Positions 37,101-48,330 are shown, counted from the stretch's first letter. The stretch is DNA of 64,000 bases from Macrostomum hystrix (GCA_950097015.1 CATNEN010000038.1:8308001-8372000); one strand, 5' to 3'. The notes: a model not told the origin generated them from the letters alone. A program made the numbers and translations.

Positions 37101-39911
37101 GGCGGAGAGCTCCGCGGAGACTGTCGAAGAAGGCGTTGCGCGATCTCGTGTCGGCCTCTTGAACCCGCATCTCCAGCATGAAGGCGGCCAGGCGGCACAA
37201 GGTGGACAGCTTGGTGCCGATGGAGCCTATTAACATCACGTGACCACGGTACGGGACGGACAGGGCGCGATGGACGCGAACAATCTGAGCGATAACGGTC
37301 TCTGAGAGAGTAACTTCGAGTGGTTCGTGCTTTTCTTCCTCGTTGTAGCGGGTCTGCAAACCAATGGGCGAGTGGCAAGTTCATTGATATTTTATTAGGG
37401 AGTAGAATAACTTTAAGCTTTTTTTGTTTCAACGGATTCACATGGACCGATAAATAATCCCCAAAAGACTCTGCTCACCTTGTAAATATCCAGGGTCTCT
37501 CTGAGCTCATCGAACGACTCAATCTTCGGCATGAGGCTGCTTACGCAGATGGAGGCTCTGTTGAACGACGAAGTCGGTCTAATGTTGAAACTCTGCACGT
37601 TCTTGTCAAACGTGGCGAACTGCTGGCTGAGCAGATCCACCGAGATGGACGGGAAGTGCTTGGCGCACAGCTGCTCGAGTGTCTCGTTGAACCAGAGCGC
37701 GTCGGCTGTGCGACAGACGCGATCGGCGAAGCCCCGGCGCACCTGGTATACCCAGTAGGGCACCAGGTCCGTCAGCTCGATGCGCCTCTCGTCTGGCAGC
37801 CTACGAAGGCACAGGAATGCGTCGCACAAGTCCTTCAGGTTGAACAGGTAGTGCCGCCGGCCAGGCAGCGGTGAAAGCTTTAGGGTGGCCTGGCAGCTCT
37901 CCAGCAGCTGGCAGGAGGCCTCCATTAGGCTAGCCAGGGCGTCCTGTTCAAGCGGCTGGCGATCATCGAAGTTCATCTGGCAGTGAATGAAAAACCAAGA
38001 CAATATAGTTTTAAATAAGAAACAATGCGTTCCTATTTAGTCAATCGGTTGAAAGTAAATCTTTGCCTATACCTGAGACTCAAGCACGCCGCGCACGACA
38101 CTTCTCAGCGCGTCCTTGGCCGGGGCGGGCACGTGCACGAGGTTGAAGTGCCGCAACAGACGGGGCGACAGCGACGGCGTCGGCACGGCCGGCGCGCCAC
38201 CAGTGGCAGCCGAGGCCACCACTGAGAGACCTTCAATCTGGCGCCACTCGTGCGGCCGCTCCTGAGTGACAAGCTGGTGACAGTCGCAGAGCTGGCGCAG
38301 CAGTTCTCCGGGGCGCTGAATGCCAAATGAGTCCGGTCTGGGGGCCGAGACGTCCTCGATGCACAACAGCAGCCGCTTGCCCTCCTTGGCTCCATAGACG
38401 AAGCCTTGTCTGGAGTGAGCAATTTGAGTTTGGAAATTACAATGAAAAAGCTAGAACTCTATCTTAATATATCGCTATCAGCCGCTAAAAGCAGTGAAAC
38501 CATGCGCGGCAGACTGAGACCGGTTCTGGGCTTGTTTGCCCTCGTCAGTCTGTCATAGCCGCACGGCTCTAGCCAGCTGACTGCTATTTACGCGTCCTTG
38601 CACATGACAACATTTTATAGACTGTCATGTGAAGAACTCGCGCTATGTTGACTCAGCGTTACTATACTCGAAAGTGGCAACGCTTTTCGACTCTAGTTCT
38701 AATGGCAAGGCCACACTCATTTTGGGGGTTGGACTTGTTCGGCAGGTTAGAGTTTACACTCCATGACGATGAAAAATTCTGAGCAGATGTACAGTCCGCT
38801 GTTCCTGAGTACGCCTCTATAATATGACGGCACAAAGGCTCACCTGTGCACAGTGTTGGCCTGCACAAACCGTTGCAGCGTGGCTGCCTCGGTGTCACCC
38901 GAATAGACCAGCTGGCGCAACAGCCGGAGCTGGGAGTCCTGCCGTTCGGCGAACTGCCGGCCAAGCAGCGTCTTGCCGCCGCCTCGAGGTCCGACCAGCA
39001 GCACCGACCGCTGCGCCTTGTAGGACAAGTCCAGCAGCTGCTGCACCCGGATGGTGTCCACTGTCTCGACCAGCGCCTGACCGGACAGCGCCAGGTCGTC
39101 GGTGTTGATGAGCTCCGGTACTCGTGACGTCCACGGATCCCATTCGCCGCTCTCATCAACGTAATAATCGTAGATGCAGATTTCCCGATCGTCATCCGGG
39201 AGTCTGGAAGTGTTTTGAGCTGGGATTTCAATATTTTGTAGTCTTCGATGCTTCACGCTGACTGGCCCAGATAAGCGTGGACAGAGGTAAATTAGCAAGG
39301 ATTGATTTCCAAGCTTGCAAGACGCAAAATCAACTCAAATTATACAACTAACAGGTCACATTTTTTTCTAATTAAAAAAAATCAGCTAATAATTTACTAC
39401 TGATGAAAATAAATCTTTATTATTATTAACGTACTTTTGCTCAAATACGGCTGTTACCTTCTTTTGATAATGCCTTTACTTTCGTTTAGGACACATGTTT
39501 TTTCGCGAAAATACCATCAGAAACAGTAATCATATTAGCACAAAAGTATTTTCGCAAAAAGACTACATTCACCTTCGTTTGAGAATACATATGTACTTTC
39601 GCGAAAATACGTCTGGAATAATCAACAATAATTTAAGTGCTTTCTCAACATACAGATTAAAATTGTTGACATAAATCAGAAATCAATTAATTATTCGTGT
39701 TTATGTTCATATGCTGTTCGAAACTACCTACTCTACTATGAGTAGACAATATAGCAACGGTAAATATATTATGAGTTCAATATTATGCTATTTCGCCATA
39801 GACAAACATTGAATGATAGTTTATGTGATTAAACTGTCGTACGGGTCACGATAGCAGCTTAAGTCAGAAGCCGAGCGCGCTCGCTTGCAAATCTTTGTAA
39901 AATTTCTTCTG

Positions 39912-39932
39912 TTATAAGCAGTATATAAGCAG
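39912..39932 (+). promoter_or_regulatory. Candidate TATA box (duplicated tataagcag) of the ZnF-recombinase gene
   Basis: ttataagcagtatataagcag lies ~35-50 bp upstream of aaaATGg at 39964. Confidence 0.45.
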
Positions 39933-39963
39933 TTCAGCAGATAATAATAATTCAGCAGGTAAA

Positions 39964-42900
39964 ATGGACGCACAAACTAATTGTTTCCTATGTCAAATGA
40001 CGATTCTAAGTTCTAATTTGCGACGGCATTTCATCCGGAACCACAAGGACTTTGTCGAGTCTTTTGATTGGGATTGCGTACCATTAAGCAAGCGACCAGC
40101 TGAATCTGCGTCCTATGAAGTCAATGCCATGAATATATGGAAGATTGTCCGGTTGCAAAAAGCGGGAGTCGATAATGTCCTTTCGCCATGTCCGCACTGT
40201 GGCAAATATGTGCGTCATCTGAAAAGGCACATTGCACGCCCGTGTAAGGGTCTACCGGCTGCTCAAGACATAGCGGTGGTATCCGATAACGGCAGTGTTT
40301 CATCGGATGACAACGAACAGTATGCCGTAGTAGACGTAGGTGAGCTGTATGCGAGTACTTCTGCAAACAAACAGACGATCACGCAACAGTCAACTAAACG
40401 TTTATGTGACTTGACATCTGGTGTTCGTCAAACTACGTCCCCGCATGCGCAACCGGGTCCATCCAAAGTACAATCTTCATACATGGCCGAGATTGTCAGT
40501 AATGACTTGGATCGACTGCAAAGCAATTATAGCGACGTACCTGTCTTAATCCAAGCCAAACATGAAATGGCAATGATCGGTAAGTGCTATAAACTATTAC
40601 CTATTATTTCGAGGAAACTGAGTTACTGAGTATTCATATTTTTATTTTCACCCCATTTTCGTCCGAAAAGAATATATCAATGGACTGCGTCTGAATGCGG
40701 CCGGCCTAAACGAGATTCTGCAGAAAGCCCACAACGCTGAGCATCCACGCGTTAATAGCATGTGTACTGGCTTGCAGAATCTGGTCAATCTGACAGAAGC
40801 AATCCTCCAGTATACGTCAGACTATGTTCCGGTCGGAGTCACCAATGCTGTCAGTTTGCTGAACCCTGTCAGTCAGCGACAAGCAGAGACTCAGACCTCA
40901 AAATCTGACGTGGAAAATACTGATGATTCTGTCAGTGACGACGAGCGATCGGCCAAAGAGCAGCTTGTATTGCAACGGAGGCACAAGAAGTCTCGGCTTG
41001 TTGTTTTCGACGGCCCAGACTACCACGTTGCATCTGAACACATGTACAAGCAACTAGACAATGTCGGCGACATCTGGTTCAAGGGTCATTGCTGTGTAGA
41101 AGAGAACGCATCGCATGTTAGCCGTAGGAAAGCAATCCAGCGAAACTATCATGCTACAACTAGTCGTCTCCTACAGGCAATCAATGTCACAGTCGAGATG
41201 TGGTTCATCAATCCAGCGCGTATCCAATTCGATTTGGACGAGATGGTGAAGCGCCATATCTGGAAACCATCGACTGTTGGACAACGAATGAACGAGCTTC
41301 ATAACATATTGAGCGGTGCGAAGAAGTTTCTAGCAGCCAACAACGACTTCGGTGCTCCTAGTGTTATGAACGCGTTCCAATTGACCTCGCCACCAGATGG
41401 ATTGTTTGCCAACGTGCATGCCGACATTGTCAAGGCCGCGTCAGAATTGCCTGCCTGTCCTGACCCGCGCAAAGATGGTATTCTCTATCATCAGACTGCA
41501 GTATCTGGTCTGTTGACTAGCCGCATCGAATCAATCATGGTGAGCAGTATTGTTGTGTCGCATGTTGTATTACCATGTTAGTTAATATATGTCATGAACA
41601 ATTGTAGAAGCTACTGCATGCATTTCTCTTTAATAACCCTTTAACATGTACAGGCTTGCATTGGATTGATTCGTCAGCGGCAAGAGAATATTTATCACCT
41701 GCGCGATGACGAACGCCAGCTGTCCTACACGGATAAGTTCCTGACCGCTGACGAATGGCGCATCATTCACGGCCGGCTAGACTGCCTGATCGATATGGTC
41801 GCCAAACATTCGTGGTCTCATCTACCCGTGAAGGGCTACTGGGGTCGCATTGGACAATGTGCACGTCGAATGGCCAACACTGTCGCCAAATGGAATGCAT
41901 TTATTATGCCGATCACTCGTGAACTGGCCTTCTTCTGTGCAGCAATTGTCCATGCCAACCGACTACGTCCATGGGTCGCGATTCGGCGTTGCTATTTGGA
42001 TGCTGCACTCAATAGTGGTGTATCAACGTCCTCCACCATCACAGTCCTGCCGCCTACCAAAGTGGCACACAAAAAGGGCGGTCGTGGTAAAGGTGCAAGC
42101 TGGACTGCGCCACGCAAAGTCGGCGAATGTCTACTGCAATGGATAGACAACTTTCTATTGCCATACTTCGCCGAGTGCAACATCCGTGTCAGGCCAGGCA
42201 AATGTCTGCTGTTTCCTACGCATCGTGGCAAGCAGCGTGACTCGACAAGTTTCAGCACGCTTGTCAAGCAGGGCGCCGAGTTGGTCATCGATCGGCCCTA
42301 TCGGATGGGCGATGGTCGTCGAAATGTACTGTCGGCATATGTGCATGCGCATCCCGACAAGCTAGACCAGCTGGTGCCTCTGTACGACACATCTCGCAAC
42401 TGTGTCGTCAATGCGTATGGACGCCTGGCAAAACAGCAGGCCAATCTGATGGTCGCCGACGACGTCAGAGGATGCTTCGAGACGTTCTGTCACAATCGAC
42501 CACTTGATCGTCGACATCAACGACGTCCAACAGCCGAAAACGACACGAAGCGTCGTCGCTCTGCCTGTAGCGTTGATCTGGACGCAACCAATTCATCGGC
42601 TGCATCTCCTCTACCTGCTGATGACATTGTGATGCCACATAGTCAACGCATACGCAAGCGACGCACTCGACGGTCGTCCATTTGCAAGGCCACTGACAAG
42701 AAGCGACCTCGAATGTCGACAATGCGACCCGCTACGGTTAGTCCTAGATGTTCAACAACGGACAACACCGAGTCGACAAAGCCGGCCATCGATTCAGCAA
42801 CACCATCGCCTTTTTCGTCTACATCGTCTAGACGACGCAGTCTTAGTCAACCGCCGATGCATGGAGCATCAGGAAGACAAGGCAACGTTCACGACGATAT

Positions 42901-43048
42901 CGACGAAGAAGGTGATGAAGGTGAACAACAGCACGTCAGCAATGACAATGAGATCAGCTCGGATTCTGAGCTACTCATGGTTCGTCGAACGGCATACAGG
43001 ACGCGATCTGGGCGCCTGATCAGTTCGAGAACTAGACTGGACATCTGA
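39964..43048 (+). CDS. 959-aa C2H2 zinc-finger + divergent tyrosine recombinase (exons 39964-40579, 40671-41539, 41654-43048)
   Basis: Two short GT-AG introns (phase 1 and phase 0) join three ORFs in frame. Zinc fingers: CFLC..HFIRNH and CPHC..HIARPC. YR-like motif order: RLRP, TKVAHK, LLFPTHRGK, GDGRR, LYDTSRNCVVNAY. Confidence 0.65.
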
Positions 43049-43414
43049 ATGCTCATATTGTCCCAGTCGTGTCACCTGACTTGATATGTGCTGATTGTCT
43101 GATTTGCCAAACTATTATCAATTGTGTCAATTGTGATACCCCCACTAATACCCGTCCCTTTACAACCGAGAATCTCATATGTTCTGTTTGTTGCTCTCTT
43201 ATATATTGTTAAGATGCTTATGATTATTGTCAACACTGTGATTATTTCGTTAGTAAATAAATTTATTAACAAATGAAATCATTTGATTATCATCTGATTA
43301 AACTAAGATTAAACTATTCTCGTTTTCTTAAAAGCCGCAGATACACAGTATATATTGTATTTTCACGAAAAAAAATCATTCGTGATATGTGCTGTAAAAA
43401 ACTACAAGTCACTT

Positions 43415-44426
43415 TGTCTGAGAATACGTATCTGCATTCGCGAAAATACCATAATATGTAGTCATGCACACTACTTCAAGAACTTTTGCAAAAATGCCGC
43501 CAACTACTTTTGTTTAATAGCATAGCAGTATTTTCGCGAAAATACCATAAGATGTAGTCATGCACACTACTTCAAGAACTTTTGCAAAAATACCGCCAAC
43601 TACCTTTGTTTAATAGCATATCAGTATTTTCGCGAAAATACCATAAGATGTAGTCATGCACACTACTTCAAGAACTTTTGCAAAAATACCGCCAACTACC
43701 TTTGTTTAATAGCATAGCAGTATTTTCGCGAAAATACCATAAGATGTAGTCATGCATACACCTTCAAGAACTTTTGCAAAAAATGCCGCCAACTACCTTT
43801 GTTTAATAGCATAGCAGTATTTTCGCGAAAATACCATAAGATGTAGCCATGCACACTACTTCAAGAACTTTTGCAAAAATACCGCCAACTACCTTTGTTT
43901 AATAGCATAGCAGTATTTTCGCGAAAATACCATAAGATGTAGCCATGCACACTATACTTCAAGAACTTTTGCAAAAATACCGCCAACTACCTTTGTTTAA
44001 TAGCATAGCAGTATTTTCGCGAAAATACCAAAGATGTAGTCATGCACACTACTTCAAGAACTTTTGCAAAAAATACTGCCAACTACCTTTGTTTAATAGC
44101 ATAGCAGTATTTTCGCGAAAATACCATAAGATGTAGCCATGCACACTACTTTAAGAACTTTTGCAAAAATACCGCCAACTACCTTTACTACCTTTGTTAA
44201 ATAGCATATCAGCATTTTCGCGAAAATACCATAAGATGTAGCCATGCACACTATACTTCAAGAACTTTTGCAAAAATGCCGCCAACTACCTTTGTTTAAT
44301 AGCATATCAGTATTTTCGCGAAAATACCAAAGATGTAGTCATGCACACTACTTCAAGAACTTTTGCAAAAATGCCGCCAACTACCTTCGTTTTGAGAACA
44401 TAACAGTATTTTCGCGAAAATACTGT
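43415..44426. repeat. ~96-bp tandem array (~10 units), each with the perfect palindromes GTATTTTCGCGAAAATAC and TTTTGCAAAA
   Basis: Palindrome cores near 43437, 43531, 43627, 43723, 43820, 43916, 44014, 44110, 44215, 44313 and 44409. Confidence 0.95.
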
Positions 44427-45134
44427 ATTTACTTTCTGTTTCGAAGTCGTTATATTTTTTCACGATAACACCTATAAATGAATTTTATTAATCAATACTT
44501 TGACACTTTGCATATACATTCGATTGAATTCGTAATACTATATATAGAGAAAAATTGCATATAAGACCCAGTTGAGGACGAGCTTTTGTATGCCACAGCT
44601 GAAGGAAGCAGATCGAGGCGTCAAAACGTCAGAATGTAAAATAATACAATCACTATGATTCATTATGCAGTTATTTTATAAATCTACGTCTGATTATATC
44701 GTAACTATTTGAGGTACAAATTAGTGTTATGTTGTATTTGATTGAAATTATACAGTAATCTTTTCGCCAAAATACAATCATAAACAATAATCAAAACTAC
44801 GTTAAAGCATTCTTGTTTATATTTTTATGCATGCAAACGCTCAATACATTTATTGTATTCGTGTTGGGCTTCATTAATCAATCAAGTGACTACAATTAGC
44901 AAGAAATCTGTTTTTTTTGCAACAGAAGTAGCAATTACCTACTTCACAACAATAGAAGCTCAAAACTGAGCATATAACAATGCTTTTATTTGTATGAATA
45001 ATTATAAAATTGCATACAAAAACAGCTGAAAGACAGACTAGACTGACCGATAAAAAATATAAAATATAGTTGATAAAATGGCAGCATGCAGGCAGTTTGG
45101 TGTAAAAAACCTGCTAACAGCACCGTCTTGTCGC

Positions 45135-45783
45135 TCATACTCGCCGGTCGGGGTGATCGCCAAACACATTGCGTATTGGGTGGCATTGTCCATCGCATTG
45201 GTAGTCGGTACTGAGGGAATGACCAATGAAGATGGCAACTACCGGACGCTTGTGCCCATCAGGTGTCGGTTCTAATCGGCGCTGAAAGTCCATCGAATAC
45301 GCACTGACCGGAGCATGCCCAGCAAGCACTAACAGTCGATTGAGCCAAGAGACGTGTCGAATAGCCTTGTATTTAGCATTGACTTCAAAAGTGTCTCCAT
45401 TGACCAAACGAAGTAGTGTGCACATGACTTCAGATGTGTCATCAAACAGTTGCGGGCGTAGCTCGTCAATAAACATGGCAGTGTGTATAGTCTCGCAGAG
45501 CTTGTCAAACATAAACGTGTTAGACCGCTTCTGCACCTGGATATTCAGCACTTTCGTAGAACCGAGATGGCTTTGCACAGAGTGGGTCTTCCCAACGCCA
45601 GACGGGCCGTATAGATAGACGACACCAGTTGGCAATTGCAACGCGCTGCACACAGCCTTTACAGTTGGGCTTTACAGATCTAAAGTAGTCCACGATCCTA
45701 GTCTGGCGTAGACCATTACAATCCGATGTAGCAATGCTGGCATCCACACGAGCCTTCTTACCACGGCCACGAAATGCTGACAT
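45135..45783 (-). CDS. SF3 (viral-type) helicase/ATPase with a frameshifted N-terminal basic + PIP-box segment
   Basis: Walker A YLYGPSGVGKT, Walker B MFIDE, B' FEVNAKYK, C-like LVLAGH and Arg-finger FQRRL. The upstream ORF 45520-45783 supplies the ATG in another frame. Confidence 0.7.
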
Positions 45784-46149
45784 TTCAAACTTGAAGTCGA
45801 GGCGTAGGAATTAACTCGTAAATGTGGTTGATCGATCGGTCAGTCAGTCAGTCGGTCACAAAGTATCTGTTAACCGCGCTCCGTCTTAGATAGCTCACTT
45901 TGCAACTGTACTGGACTGTAGTTCTAGGTCTGGCTATAGACCAAACTTTTTCGCGAAATTTCATATATGAATATTATTCAGCAAAAAATTTTTTTAACAC
46001 TGCGCAAATACTAATCGATGAAATGTCTATGTCTATTTCGCGAAAATACCATCTAAACTATCACAAGTATATAGACTAGCCATGTTAATTCAATTACTTT
46101 CGCAGTATACTTTACTACTTCAGGTGCAAGCAGCACTACTTCAAGTACT

Positions 46150-46976
46150 ATTGTCACATTCTTTCTCTTATTATTTCTCGTTGTGTAATTTTGTGATTAT
46201 CAAACGCCAACTTTTCAACATCTACCATAGACTATGGTGGAACTGCGAGTTTATTTTTCATATCAACGAGAAATCAGCTTCAATGGTTAAGCAATGAACA
46301 GTTTACAGTTTTTAGTTGTTTATAGTTGCAATTCTCAATGACGCAGATCTCTCTAACCATTCAAGTTGAAAGTGCAGCCAGAGAAATGACAATCCGTGAA
46401 GATAGTTGAGACGTTCTGCCTACTAAGTGTAATGTTCTGGTTACTCACGTCCATCGTGCTTGACGATCCAGCGTTAGATGGCTGATCAGTCCTAACCAAT
46501 TCTGTGTTCGTACGAGAATCACTTGATTGCAAAGCTTCCCCCACAGTCGTAGCCATGTCTCGCAGCGTGTGGTCACGTTTCCTCGATAGATACCGCCGTA
46601 CTGTCGACTCAGATTGATGTCCCGTGATATTCATGATGTCGGACAGAGTATAGCCAGCTTCGTGTAGATCAGCCGTCCTAGTTACTCGAATGCAATGGTT
46701 CGTATACTTTTTGCTGAGCTCACACAGGGTGCTTAATCGAGTCATGAACGATCCTAACCAATTGATTGGCTTCGCCACTCGTGACTTTGAGCATTATCAA
46801 AGCCTAAAACCATAGACACAACTAACCATTGATATGATATGATTATTCTCGTTTTCTCGTTGATATGAAAAATAAACTCGCAGTTCCACCATAGTCTATG
46901 GTAGATGTTGAAAAGTTGGCGTTTGATAATCACAAAATTACACAACGAGAAATAATAAGAGAAAGAATGTGACAAT
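46150..46976. repeat. ~124-bp inverted repeats (46150-46273 / 46853-46976), with a second IR pair (~46768-46830 / ~46974-47037)
   Basis: Reverse-complement matches were read directly. The ORF track gives the same peptide (SHSFSYYFSLCNFVII...) on both strands. Confidence 0.9.
46353..46778 (-). pseudogene. Crypton-type tyrosine recombinase, C-terminal fragment
   Basis: KKYTNHCIRVT...IMNITGHQSESTVRRY is the H-x-x-R / GH-x-S / Y signature of Crypton (KCTD1/ZMYM-related) YR domains, with a typical F..C.F tail. The N-terminal part is missing. Confidence 0.85.
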
Positions 46977-47309
46977 GGTTAGTTGTGTCTATGGTTTTAG
47001 GCTTTGATAATGCTCAAAGTCACGAGTGGCGAAGCCACGAGTGTCATTTGAGCATTATCAAAGCCTAAAACCATAGACACAATATTATTGTCTCATGATT
47101 TCTACACAAAACATATGCGTATTTCACACTGATTTGCTGTGCTCTTTCTACGAAGTCGAAATGTGAGTTGACCAAGGCCAAGGGGGCCAAGGGGGCCAAG
47201 AAACCAAGAACCAAGGGACCAAGGCAAGAGCTACATGTGCGAGGACACGTAAATGAAATATTAATCCAAAAATAAAAAATATACTTTTTTCTACAGAGGA
47301 AATGGATTC

Positions 47310-47600
47310 CTAGCGCTGTGATTAAAGCGTCGACTGAGCTCACTGCTGAAAGGTCAAGGGTTCGATTCCCGTCTCCACTGGAACATTTTGTGTCCTTTAG
47401 CAAGACACGTAACTCTACATTGCTTCAGTTCACCCAGCTATCAAATGTGTACCAGCATTAGGTAGGGTAATCGAGGGTGGGTGTGGCGTCCCCCCAGTCC
47501 ATGGACTGAACGAGGCCTTCAGATGCGCCACGCAATAGCTGCGGCTGTGCACTGTCGGCTGCACATGCGTGTGACCCAATTGGGGCAAGTTGTAATCAAT
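47310..47600 (+). mobile_element. SINE family 1 copy
   Basis: B box gggttcgattcccg and the shared body (cccagtccatggactgaac...gcaatagctgc). Confidence 0.8.
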
Positions 47601-48330
47601 TTTCATCCATTTTTAATAAGCATTTAATGATCCATTGTTTTAATATTCTGCAAATGTTTCCGATTCTCATTTCATAACCACGAATTGTTATAATCAGATG
47701 GTAGAATTCCAGTTCACACACACTAAAAAATTCTGAACGCCATTACAAGCATTAATCTTGATGTTATTAATTAGCTGCTCATGCAAAAATCCTGTTCTTT
47801 GCTTTAACTTGATAATAATTATTGAATTTTCTAAATAAACACGTGACCAAGAATCGAAACACAATTTCAGCTGCATACGCCCTTTTATTTTCCTAGTCCA
47901 TACTGCAAGCGAGGTCTCGTCAACTAAACTTTAGCTAGGTATACTGTAATTCATCCAGAATGGCATTCGTATGCATATTATTTCAGAAGGATATGAGAGC
48001 ACGTCTTAAGCAGTGAGGGCACCTCTCAGAATGCGCAAGGCCAACAAGGTATTAAAGGGGTAAGCGCACAGAGAAAAATTGTTTCTGTTCTCGACCGCTA
48101 GCCAAAAATACTCTCACTGACACTACAGGTTGCTATGCCAACATTCAACATCCCTGCATCAAGGCCGATTGTGATTTGTTTTCTGCTTGCGGCCTGGCTC
48201 GCAGGTGAGATAATTGATTCGATACAACTTGTATGCGTACAATGCGTTGAGCTAGAAAATAATCAGGTGGGATAATTAGTAGTAGTAGTAGTAGTACTAG
48301 TAGTAGTAGTACTAGTAGTACTAGTAGTTG

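Larger units (their letters stand above)
28620..39203 (-). pseudogene. Divergent dynein heavy chain, internal fragment (AAA3-AAA4-stalk to start of AAA5), multi-exon and disrupted
   Basis: Motifs include YDYYVDESGEWDPW, ETVDTIR, VLLVGPRGGGKT, SPRLLRHF, HYLFNLKDL, GHVMLIG, YLHFVICL, IRAFQNPP and ENACI. There is an in-frame TGA at 35418-35420 and a gypsy insertion. No 5' or 3' exons are seen before unrelated flanking genes. Confidence 0.85.
39470..46060. mobile_element. Unclassified tyrosine-recombinase + SF3-helicase element (virus/plasmid-like); boundaries approximate
   Basis: Two convergent non-host-like genes. A TTTCGCGAAAATAC motif occurs at the left end (~39501, ~39597), in the central array and at the right end (~46036). 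Confidence 0.65.

Noticed and set aside
43415-44426. CRISPR array
   Set aside because: The sequence between palindromes is near-identical rather than unique spacers, there are no cas genes, and the context is eukaryotic.
45655-45765. An intron explaining the helicase frameshift
   Set aside because: The strong donor G|gtaaga has no phase-compatible acceptor before Walker A, and the only in-frame GT-AG option I found near the break is 19 nt, which is implausibly short.
39470-46060. Helitron, Polinton/Maverick, DIRS or CRESS/parvovirus assignment
   Set aside because: I recognise no HUH, SF1 helicase, pPolB, DDE integrase, RT or capsid ORF, and see no long terminal inverted repeats.
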